64,000 nucleotides of DNA from Eledone cirrhosa (taxonomy: Eukaryota): contig OZ024743.1 of NCBI GenBank assembly GCA_964016885.1, positions 131,192,001 through 131,256,000 on the forward strand, given 5' to 3'. Made by a program: the position numbers and the translations under genes. This document shows positions 1-10,664 of this stretch, piece after piece. The notes beneath the pieces were generated by a model. It did not search any database and was not told where the DNA came from. It saw only the letters and a list, made by a program, of their open reading frames with translations. Within the stretch, counting starts at the first letter, position 1. Every line of letters starts with the position of its first letter.

Positions 1-519
1 CTTGGTGATTGGTGCTTGGTGTTTGGTGCTTGGTGTTTGGTGTTTGGTGCTAGGTGCTTGGTGCTTGGTGTTTGGTGCTTGGTGCTTGGTGTTTGGTGTT
101 TGGTGCTTTGTGTTTGGTGTTTGGTGCTTGGTGCTGGGTGGTTGGTGTTTGGTGCTTGGTGATTGGTGTTTGGTGCTTGGTTCTTGGTGTTTGGTGCTTG
201 GTGTTTGGTGCTTGGTTCTTGGTGTTTGGTGCTTGGTGCTTGGTGTTTGGTGTTTGGTGCTTAGTGTTTGGTGCTAGGTGCTTGGGGTTTGGTGTTTGGT
301 GCTTGGTGCTTGGTGCTTGGTGTTTGGTGCTTGGTGCTTGGTGCTTGGTGCTTGGTCTTTGGAGTTTGGTGTTTAGTGCTTGGTGCTTGGTGTTTGGTGT
401 TTGGTGCTTGGTGCTTGGTGCATTGTGATTAGTGTTTGGTGCTTGGTGCTTGGGGTTTGGTGTTTGGTGCTTGGTGCTTGGTATTTGGTGCTTGGTACTT
501 GGTGTTTGGTGCTTGGTGT

Positions 520-672
520 TTGCTGTTTGCTGTTTGGTGTTTTTGGTGTTTGCTGTTTGCTGTTTGGTGTCTGCTTTTTGGTGTTTGGTGTTTGCTCTAT
601 GGTGTTTGCTGTTTCATGTTTGGTGTTTGCTGTTTGGTGTTTGGTGTTTGCTGTTTGGTGTTTGGTCTTTGG
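520..672. repeat. Representative copy of the recurrent variant cassette (TTGCTGT-rich island with CTGCTTT landmark)
   Basis: ...TTGCTGT TTGGTGT CTGCTTT TTGGTGT TTGGTGT TTGCTCT ATGGTGT TTGCTGT TTCATGT... The CTGCTTTTTGG landmark recurs at about 571, 900, 2020, 2600, 3937, 5196, 5727 and onward to 63110 (about 55-60 copies counted by eye). Confidence 0.88.
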
Positions 673-3639
673 TGCTTGGTCTTTGGTGCTTGGTGTTTGG
701 TGTTTGGTGCTTGGTGCTTGGTGCTTGGTGATTGGTGCTTGGTGATTAGTGTTTGGTACTTGGTGCTTGGGGTTTGGTGTTTGGTGCTTGGCGCTTGGTG
801 TTTGGTGCTTGGTACTTGGTGTTTGGTGCTTGGTGTTTGTTGTTTGGTGTTTGGTGTTTGGTGTTTGGTGTTTGGTGTTTGGTGTTTGCTGTTTGGTGTC
901 TGCTTTTTGGTGTTTGGTGTTTGCTCTATGGTGTTTGCTGTTTCGTGTTTGGTGTTTGCTGTTTGGTGTTTGGTGTTTGCTGTTTGGTGTTTGGTCTTTG
1001 GTGCTTGGTGTTTGGTGCTTGGTGCTTGGTGTTTGGTGTTTGGTGCTTGGTGTTTGGTGTTTGGTGTTTGGTGCTTGGTGTTTGGTGTTTGGTGCCTGGT
1101 GTTTGGTGTTTATTGCTTGTTGCTTGGTGCTTGGTGCTTGGTGTTTGGTGCTTGGTGTTTGGTGCTGGGTGCTTGGTGTTTAGTGCTTGGCGCTTGGTGC
1201 TTGGTGTTTCGTGTTTGGTGCTTGGTGCTTGTTGTTTGGTGTTATATGCTTGGTGTTTGATGCTTGGTGCTTGGTGCTTGGTGTTTGGTGTTTGGTGCTT
1301 GGTGTTTGATGCTTGGTGTTTGATGCTTGGTGCTTGGTGCTTGGTGCTTGGTGTTTGGTGCTTGGTGTTTGGTGCTTGGTGTTTTGTGCTTGGTGCTTGG
1401 TGTTTGGTGTTTGGTGCTTGGTGTTTGGTGCTTGCTACTTGGTGCTTGGTGCTTGGTGTTAGGTGTTTGGTGCTTGGTGCTTGGTGTTTGGTTTTTGGTG
1501 CTTGGTGCTTGGTGTTTGGTGTTTGGTGCTTGCTGCTGGCTGCTTAGTGATTGGTGCTTGGTGTTTGGTGCTTGGTGTTTGGTGTTTGGTGCTAGGTGCT
1601 TGGTGCTTGGTGTTTGGTGCTTGGTGCTTGGTGTTTGGTGTTTGGTGTTTGGTGCTTGGTGTTTGGTGTTTGGTGCTTGGTGCTTGGTGCTGTGTGGTTG
1701 GTGTTTGGTGCTTGGTGTTTGGTGCTGGGTGCTTGGTGTTTGGTGCTTGGTCCTTGGTGCTTGGTGCTTGGTGTTTGGTGTTTGGTGCTTGGTGCTTGGT
1801 GTTTGGTGCTTGGTGCTTGGTGTTTGGTGCTTGGTGCTTCGTGTTTGGTGCTAGGTGCTTGGGGTTTGGTGTTTGGTGCTTGGTGTTTGGTGTTTGGTGT
1901 TTTGTGCTTGGTGCTTGGTATTTGGTGTTTACTGTTTGCTGTTTGATGTTTGTTGTTTGGTGTTTGTTGTTTGGTGTTTGCTGTTTAGTGTTTGGTGTTT
2001 GGTGTTTGCTGTTTGGTGTCTGCTTTTTGGTGTTTGGTGTTTGCTGTATGTTGTTTGCTGTTTGGTGTTTGGTGTTTGGTGCTTGGTGTTTGGTGCTTGG
2101 TGCTTGGTGTTTGGTGCTTGGTGCATGGTGTTTGGTGCCTGGTGCTTGGTGCTTGGTGTTTGGTGTTTGGTGCTTGGTGCTTGGTGCTTGGAGTTTGGTG
2201 TTTGGTGCTTGTTGCTTGGTGTTTTGTGTTTGGTTTTTGGTGCTTGGTGCTTGGTGCTTGGTCCTTGGTGTTTGGTGCTGGGTGCTTTGTGTTTGGTGCT
2301 TGGTGCTTGATGCTTGGTGTTTTGTGTTTGGTGCTTGGTGCTTGGTGTTTGGTGCTTGGTGCTTGGTGCTAGGTGTTTGTACTTGGTGCTTGGTGTTTGG
2401 TTCTTGGTTCTTGGTGTTTGGTACTTGGTGCTTGGTGCTTGGTGCTTGGTGTTTGTTGCTTGGTGTTTGGTGCTTGGTGCTTGGTGTTTGGTGCTTGGTG
2501 TTTGGTGTTTGGTGCTTGGTGCTTGGTGTTTGGTGTTTGCTGTTTGCTGTTTGCTGTTTGCTGTTTGGTGTTTGGTGTTTGCTGTTTGCTGTTTTGTGTC
2601 TGCTTTTTGGTGTTTGGTGTTTGCTGTATGGTGTTTGCTGTTTGGTGTCTGGTGTTTGCTGTTTGGTGTTTGGTCTTTGGTGCTTGGTGTTTGGTGCTTG
2701 GTGCTTGGTGTTTGGTGTTTGGTGCTTGGTGCTTGGTGTTTGGTGTTTGGTGCTTGGTGCTTGGTGTTTGGTGTTTGGTGCTTGGTGTCAGGTGCTTGGT
2801 GTTTGGTGTTTGCTGTATGTTGTTTGCTGTTTGGTGTTTGGTGTTTGGTATTTGGTGTTTGGTGCTTGGTGCTTGGTGTTTGGTGCTTGGTGCTTGGTGT
2901 TTGGTGCCTGGTGCTTGGTGCTTGTTGTTTTGTGTTTGTTGCTTGGTGCTTGGTGCTTGGATTTTGGTGTTTGGTGCTTGTTGCTTGGTGTTTTGTGTTT
3001 GGTGTTTGGTTTTTGGTGCTTGGTGCTTGGTGCTTGGTCCTTGGTGTTTGGTGCTGCGTGCTTTGTGTTTGGTGCTTGGTGCTTTGTGCTTGGTGTTTGG
3101 TGTTTGCTGCTTGGTGTTTGGTGCTTGGTGCTTCGTGCTTGGTGTTTTGTGTTTGGTGCTTGGTGCTTGGTGTTTGGTGTTTGGTGCTTGGTGCTTGGTG
3201 CTTGGTGTTTGGTTCTTGGTTCTTGGTGTTTGGTACTTGGTGCTTGGTGCTTGGTGCTTGGTGTTTGGTGCTTGGTGTTTGGTGCTTGGTGCTTGGTGTT
3301 TGGTGCTTGGTGTTTGGTGCTTGGTGCTTGGTATTTGGTGTTTGGTGTTTGGTGTTTGCTGTTTGGTGTTTGGTCTTTGGTGCTTGGTGTTTGGTGCTTG
3401 GTGCTTGGTGTTTGGTGTTTGGTGCTTGGTGCTTGGTGTTTGGTGTTTGGTGCTTGGTGCTTGGTGTCTGGTGCTTGGTGCTTGGTGCTTGGTGTTTGGT
3501 GTTTGGTGTTTGGTGCTTGGTGCTTGGTGCTTGGTGTTTGGTGCTTGGTGTTTGGCGTTTGGTGCTTGTTGCTTGGTGCTTGGTGTTTGGTGCTTGGTGT
3601 TTGGTGTTTGGTCTTTGGTGCTTGGTGCTTGGTGCTTGG

Positions 3640-6600
3640 TGTTTGGTGCTTGGTGTTTGGCGTTTGGTGCTTGTTGCTTAGTGCTTGGTGTTTGGTGCTT
3701 GGTGCTTGGTGCTGGGTGCTGGGTGCTTGGTCTTTGGTGCTTGGTGTTTGGTGTTTGGTGCTTGGTGCTTGGTGCTTGGTGTTTGGTGCTTGGTGATTAG
3801 TGTTTGGTGCTTGGTGCTTGGGGTTTGGTGTTTGGTGCTTGGTGCTTGGTGTTTGGCGCTTGGTACTTGGTGTTTGGTGCTTGGTGTTTGGTGTTTGGTG
3901 TTTGGTGTTTGGTGTTTGGTGTTTGCTGTTTGGTGTCTGCTTTTTGGTGTTTGGTGTTTGCTGTATGGTGTTTGCTGTTTCGTGTTTGGTGTTTGCTGTT
4001 TGCTGTTTGGTGTTTGGTGTTTGCTGTTTGGTGTTTGGTCTTTGGTGCTTGGTGTTTGGTGCTTGGTGTTTGGTGTTTGGTGCTTGGTGTTTTGTTTTTG
4101 GTGCTTGGTGCTTGGTGCTTGGTGTTTGGTGTTTGGTGCTTGGTGCTTGGTGCTTGGTGTTTGGTGCTTGGTGCTTGGTGTTTGGTGCTGGGTGCTTGGT
4201 GTTTGGTGCTTGGTGCTTGGTGCTTGGTGTTTGGTGCTGGGTGCTTGGTGTTTGGTGTTCGGTGTTATATGCTTGGTGTTTGATGCTTGGTGCTTGGTGC
4301 TTGTTGTTTGGTTTTTGGTGCTTGGTGTTTGATGCTTGGTGTTTGATGCTTGGTGCTTGGTGCTTGGTGTTTGGTGCTTGGTGCTTGGTGTTTGTACTTG
4401 GTGCTTGGTTCTTTGTGTTTGGTGCTTGGTGCTTGGTGCTTGGTGCTTTGTGTTTGGTGCTTGGTGTTTGGTGCTTGGTGTTTGGTGCTTGGTGCCTGGT
4501 GCTTGGTGCTTGGTGCTTGGTGTTTGGTGCTTGGTGTTTGGTGCTTGGTGTTAGGTGTATGGTGCTTGGTGCTTGGTGTTTGGTGTTTGGTGCTTGGTGT
4601 TTGGTGCTTGGTGCTTGGTGTTTGGTGTTTGGTGCTTGGTGTTTAGTGCTTGGTACTTGGTGCTTGGTGTCAGGTGTTTGGTGCTTGGTGCTTGGTGTTT
4701 GGTTTTTGGTGCTTTGTGCTTGGTGTTTGGTGTTTGGTGCTTGCTACTGGCTGCTTGGTGCTTGGTGATTGGTGCTTGGTGTTTGGTGCTTGGTGTTTGG
4801 TGTTTGGTGTTTGGTGCTTGGTGCTTGGTGTTTGGTGCTTGGTGCTGGGTGGTTGGTGTTTGGTGCTTGGTGTTTGGTGCTGGGTGCTTGGTGTTTGGTG
4901 CTTGGTGCTTGGTCTTTTGTGCTTGGTGTTTGGTGTTTGGTGCTTGCTGCTTGGTGTTTGGTTCTTGGTGCTTGGTGTTTGGTGCTTGGTGCTTAGTGTT
5001 TGGTGCTAGGTGCTTGGGGTTTGGTGTTTGGTGCTTGGTGTTTGGTGCTTGGTGCTTGGTATTTGGTGTTTGCTGTTTACTGTTTGGTGTTTGTTGTTTG
5101 GTGTTTGTTGTTTGGTGTTTGTTGTTTGGTGTTTGTTATTTGGTGTTTGCTGTTTGGTGTTTGGTGTTTGTTGTTTGGTGTTTGCTGTTTGGTGTCTGCT
5201 TTTTGGTGTTTGGTGTTTGCTGTATGTTGTTTGCTGTTTGGTGTTTGGTGTTTGGTATTTGGTGTTTGGTGCTTGGTGCTTGGTGTTTGGTGCTTGGTGC
5301 TTGGTGTTTGGTGCCTGGTGCTTGGTGCTTGGTGTTTGGTGTTTGGTTCTTGGTGCTTGGTGCTTGGAGTTTGGTGTTTGGTGCTTGTTGCTTGGTGTTT
5401 TGTGTTTGGTGTTTGGTTTTTGGTGCTTGGTGCTTGGTGCTTGGTCCTTGGTGTTTGGTGCTGGGTGCTTTGTGTTTGGTGCTTGGTGCTTCGTGCTTGG
5501 TGTTTTGTGTTTGGTGCTTGGTGCTTGGTGTTTGTACTTGGTGCTTGGTGCTTGGTGTTTGGTTCTTGGTTCTTGGTGTTTGGTACTTGGTGCTTGCTGC
5601 TTGGTGCTTGGTGTTTGGTGCTTGGTGTTTGGTGCTTGGTGCTTGGTGTTTGGTGCTTGGTGTTTGGTGTTTGGTGCTTGGTGTTTGGTGTTTGGTGTTT
5701 GGTGTTTGCTGTTTGCTGTTTGGTGTCTGCTTTTTGGTGTTTGGTGTTTGCTGTATGGTGTTTGCTGTTTCGTGTTTGGTGTTTGCTGTTTGGTGCTTGG
5801 TCTTTGGTGCTTGGTGTTTGGTGCTTGGTGCTTGGTGTTTAGTGTTTGGTGCTTGGTGCTTGGTGTTTGGTGTTTGGTGCTTGGTGCTTGGTGCTTGGTG
5901 TTTGGTGTTTGGTGCTTGGTGTCTGGTGCTTGGTGTTTGGTACTTGGTGTTTGGTGTCTGGTGTTTGGTGCTTGGTGCTTGGTGTTTGGTGTTTGGTGCT
6001 TGGTGTTTGGTGTTTGGTGTTTGGTGCTTGTTGCTTGGTGCTTGGTGTTTGGTGCTTGGTGCTTGGTGTTTGGTGTTATATGCTTGGTGTTTGGTGCTTG
6101 GTGTTTGGCGTTTGGTGCTTGTTGCTTGGTGCTTGGTGTTTGGTGCTTGGTGCTTGGTGCTGGGTGCTGGGTGCTTGGTCTTTGGTGCTTGGTGTTTGGT
6201 GTTTGGTGCTTGGTGCTTGGTGCTTGGTGTTTGGTGCTTGGTGATTAGTGTTTGGTGCTTGGTGCTTGGGGTTTGGTGTTTGGTGCTTGGTGCTTGGTGT
6301 TTGGCGCTTGGTACTTGGTGTTTGGTGCTTGGTGTTTGGTGTTTGCTGTTTGGTGTTTGGTGTTTGGTGTTTGGTGTTTGCTGTTTGGTGTCTGCTTTTT
6401 GGTGTTTGGTGTTTGCTGTATGGTGTTTGCTGTTTCGTGTTTGGTGTTTGCTGTTTGCTGTTTGGTGTTTGGTGTTTGCTGTTTGGTGTTTGGTCTTTGG
6501 TGCTTGGTGTTTGGTGCTTGGTGTTTGGTGTTTGGTGCTTGGTGTTTGGTTTTTGGTGCTTGGTGCTTGGTGCTTGGTGTTTGGTGTTTGGTGCTTGGTG

Positions 6601-8510
6601 TTTGGTGCTGGGTGCTTGGTGTTTGGTGCTTGGTGCTTGGTGCTTGGTGTTTGGTGCTGGGTGCTTGGTGTTTGGTGTTCGGTGTTATATGCTTGGTGTT
6701 TGATGCTTGGTGCTTGGTGCTTGTTGTTTGGTTTTTGGTGCTTGGTGTTTGATGCTTGGTGTTTGATGCTTGGTGCTTGGTGCTTGGTGTTTGGTGCTTG
6801 GTGCTTGGTGTTTGTACTTGGTGCTTGGTTCTTTGTGTTTGGTGCTTGGTGCTTGGTGCTTGGTGCTTTGTGTTTGGTGCTTGGTGTTTGGTGCTTGGCG
6901 TTTGGTGCTTGGTGCCTGGTGCTTGGTGCTTGGTGCTTGGTGTTTGGTGCTTGGTGTTTGGTGCTTGGTGTTAGGTGTATGGTGCTTGGTGCTTGGTGTT
7001 TGGTGTTTGGTGCTTGGTGTTTGGTGCTTGGTGCTTGGTGTTTGGTGTTTGGTGCTTGGTGTTTAGTGCTTGGTACTTGGTGCTTGGTGTCAGGTGTTTG
7101 GTGCTTGGTGCTTGGTGTTTGGTTTTTGGTGCTTGGTGCTTGGTGTTTGGTGTTTGGTGCTTGCTGCTGGCTGCTTGGTGCTTGGTGATTGGTGCTTGGT
7201 GTTTGGTGCTTGGTGTTTGGTGTTTGGTGTTTGGTGCTTGGTGCTTGGTGTTTGGTGCTTGGTGCTGGGTGGTTGGTGTTTGGTGCTTGGTGTTTGGTGC
7301 TGGGTGCTTGGTGTTTGGTGCTTGGTGCTTGGTCTTTGGTGCTTGGTGTTTGGTGTTTGGTGCTTGCTGCTTGGTGTTTGGTTCTTGGTGCTTGGTGTTT
7401 GGTGCTTGGTGCTTAGTGTTTGGTGCTAGGTGCTTGGGGTTTGGTGTTTGGTGCTTGGTGTTTGGTGCTTGGTGCTTGGTATTTGGTGTTTGCTGTTTAC
7501 TGTTTGGTGTTTGTTGTTTGGTGTTTGTTGTTTGGTGTTTGTTGTTTGGTGTTTGTTATTTGGTGTTTGCTGTTTGGTGTTTGGTGTTTGTTGTTTGGTG
7601 TTTGCTGTTTGGTGTCTGCTTTTTGGTGTTTGGTGTTTGCTGTATGTTGTTTGCTGTTTGGTGTTTGGTGTTTGGTATTTGGTGTTTGGTGCTTGGTGCT
7701 TGGTGTTTGGTGCTTGGTGCTTGGTGTTTGGTGCCTGGTGCTTGGTGCTTGGTGTTTGGTGTTTGGTTCTTGGTGCTTGGTGCTTGGAGTTTGGTGTTTG
7801 GTGCTTGTTGCTTGGTGTTTTGTGTTTGGTGTTTGGTTTTTGGTGCTTGGTGCTTGGTGCTTGGTCCTTGGTGTTTGGTGCTGGGTGCTTTGTGTTTGGT
7901 GCTTGGTGCTTCGTGCTTGGTGTTTTGTGTTTGGTGCTTGGTGCTTGGTGTTTGTACTTGGTGCTTGGTGCTTGGTGTTTGGTTCTTGGTTCTTGGTGTT
8001 TGGTACTTGGTGCTTGCTGTTTGGTGCTTGGTGTTTGGTGCTTGGTGTTTGGTGCTTGGTGCTTGGTGTTTGGTGCTTGGTGTTTGGTGTTTGGTGCTTG
8101 GTGTTTGGTGTTTGGTGTTTGGTGTTTGCTGTTTGCTGTTTGGTGTCTGCTTTTTGGTGTTTGGTGTTTGCTGTATGGTGTTTGCTGTTTCGTGTTTGGT
8201 GTTTGCTGTTTGGTGTTTGGTCTTTGGTGCTTGGTGTTTGGTGATTGGTGCTTGGTGTTTGGTGTTTGGTGCTTGGTGCTTGGTGTTTGGTGTTTGGTGC
8301 TTGGTGCTTGGTGCTTGGTGTTTGGTGTTTGGTGCTTGGTGTCTGGTGCTTGGTGTTTGGTACTTGGTGTTTGGTGTCTGGTGTTTGGTGCTTGGTGCTT
8401 GGTGTTTGGTGTTTGGTGCTTGGTGTTTGGTGTTTGGTGTTTGGTGCTTGTTGCTTGGTGCTTGGTGTTTGGTGCTTGGTGCTTGGTGTTTGGTGTTATA
8501 TGCTTGGTGT
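3640..8510. repeat. Higher-order tandem duplication, 2 copies of about 2.42-2.45 kb (about 3640-6088 and 6089-8510)
   Basis: Matching ORFs offset by 2420 (4336/6756, 4350/6770, 4650/7070, 4769/7189, 5000/7420). Marker ggtgttatat at 4261/6681. Offset is 2448 at the start (3800/6248). Boundaries approximate. Confidence 0.9.
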
Positions 8511-10664
8511 TTGATGCTTGGTGCTTGGTGTTTGGTGTTTGATGCTTGGTGCTTGATGCTTGGTGCTTGGTGCTTGGTGTTTGGTGCTTGGTGCTTGGTG
8601 TTTGTACTTGTTGCTTGGTGCTTGATGCTTGGTGATTGGTGTTTGGTGCTTGGTTTTTGGTGTTTTGTGCTTGGTGTTTGGTGCTTGGTGCTTGGTGTTT
8701 GGTGCTTGGTGCTTGGTGTTTGGTGTTTGGTGCTTGGTGCTTGGTTCTTGGTGTTTGGTGCTTGGTGCTTGGTGCTTGGTGTTTGGTGCTTGGTGCTTGG
8801 TGTTTGGTGCTTGGTGTTTGGTGCTTGGTGTTTGGTGCTTGGTGCTTGGTGCTTGGTGCATGGTGCTTGGTGTTTGGTGCTTGGTGTTTGGTGCTTGGTG
8901 TTAGGTGTTTGGTGCTTAGTGCTTGGTGTTTGGTGTTTGGTGCTTGGTGTTTGGTGCTTGGTGCTTGGTGTTTGGCGCTTGGTGCATGGTGTTTGGTGCC
9001 TGGTGCTTGGTGCTTGGTGTTTGGTGTTTGGTGCTTGGTGCTTGGTGCTTGGAGTTTGGTGTTTGGTGCTTGTTGCTTGGTGTTTTGTGTTTGGTTTTTG
9101 GTGCTTGGTGCTTGGTGCTTGGTTCTTGGTGTTTGGTGCTGGGTGCTTTGTGTTTGGTGCTTTGTGCTTTGTGCTTGGTGTTTGGTGTTTGCTGCTTGGT
9201 GCTGGGTGCTTTGTGTTTGGTGCTTGGTGCTTTGTGCTTGGTGTTTGGTGTTTGCTGCTTGGTGTTTGGTGCTTTGTGCTTGATGCTTGGTGTTTTGTGT
9301 TTGGTGCTTGGTGCTTGGTGTTTGGTGCTTGGTGCTTGGTGCTAGGTGTTTGTACTTGGTGCTTGATGTTTGGTTCTTGGTTCTTGGTGTTTGGTACTTG
9401 GTGCTTGGTGCTTGGTGCTTGGTGTTTGTTGCTTGGTGTTTGGTGCTTGGTGTTTGGTGTTTGGTGCTTGGTGCTTGGTGTTTGGTGTTTGCTGTTTGAT
9501 GTTTGCTGTTTGCTGTTTGGTGTTTGGTGTTTGCTGTTTGCTGTTTGGTGTCTGCTTTTTGGTGTTTGGTGTTTGCTGTATGGTGTTTGCTGTTTGGTGT
9601 CTGGTGTTTGCTGTTTGGTGTTTGGTCTTTGGTGCTTGGTGTTTGGTGCTTGGTGCTTGATGTTTGGTGTTTGGTGCTTGGTGCTTGGTGTTTGGTGTTT
9701 GGTGCTTGGTGCTTGGTGTTTGGTGTTTGGTGCTTGGTGTCAGGTGCTTGGTGTTTGGTGTTTGCTGTATGTTGTTTGCTGTTTGGTGTTTGGTGTTTGG
9801 TATTTGGTGTTTGGTGCTTGGTGCTTGGTGTTTGGTGCTTGGTGCTTGGTGTTTGGTGCCTGGTGCTTGGTGCTTGTTGTTTGGTGTTTGGTGCTTGGTG
9901 CTTGGTGCTTGGAGTTTGGTGTTTGGTGCTTGTTGCTTGGTGTTTTGTGTTTGGTGTTTGGTTTTTGGTGCTTGGTGCCTGGTGCTTGGTCCTTGGTGTT
10001 TGCTGTATGGTGTTTGCTGTTTGGTGTTTGGTGTTTGCTGTTTGGTGTTTGGTCTTTGGTGCTTGGTGTTTGGTGCTTGGTGCTTGGTGTTTGGTGTTTG
10101 GTGCTTGGTGCTTGGTGTTTGGTGTTTGGTGCTTGGTGCTTGGTGTCTGGTGCTTGGTGCTTGGTGCTTGGTGTTTGGTGTTTGGTGTTTGGTGCTTGGT
10201 GCTTGGTGCTTGGTGTTTGGTGCTTGGTGTTTGGCGTTTGGTGCTTGTTGCTTGGTGCTTGGTGTTTGGTGCTTGGTGCTTGGTGCTGGGTGCTGGGTGC
10301 TTGGTCTTTGGTGCTTGGTGTTTGGTGTTTGGTGCTTGGTGCTTGGTGCTTGGTGTTTGGTGCTTGGTGATTAGTGTTTGGTGCTTGGTGCTTGGGGTTT
10401 GGTGTTTGGTGCTTGGTGCTTGGTGTTTGGTGCTTGGTACTTGGTGTTTGGTGCTTGGTGTTTGGTGTTTGCTGTTTGGTGTTTGGTGTTTGGTGTTTGG
10501 TGTTTGCTGTTTGGTGTCTGCTTTTTGGTGTTTGGTGTTTGCTGTATGGTGTTTGCTGTTTCGTGTTTGGTGTTTGCTGTTTGCTGTTTGGTGTTTGGTG
10601 TTTGCTGTTTGGTGTTTGGTCTTTGGTGCTTGGTGATTGGTGCTTGGTGTTTGGTGTTTGGTGC

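Noticed and set aside
133-142. Chi-like site GCTGGGTGG
   Set aside because: Not the E. coli Chi octamer GCTGGTGG (extra G). It is expected by chance from this composition, and nothing here indicates a bacterial context.
1240-1252. TTATATG as a TATA box (about 30 copies)
   Set aside because: It is a multiply substituted repeat unit spread by duplication, with no downstream gene or other promoter context.
1455-1470. TTAGG / TTGGGG canonical telomere motifs
   Set aside because: They occur only as isolated single-base variants inside the 7-bp register (at most GTTAGGTGTTAGGTG), never as tandem TTAGG, TTAGGG or TTGGGG tracts.
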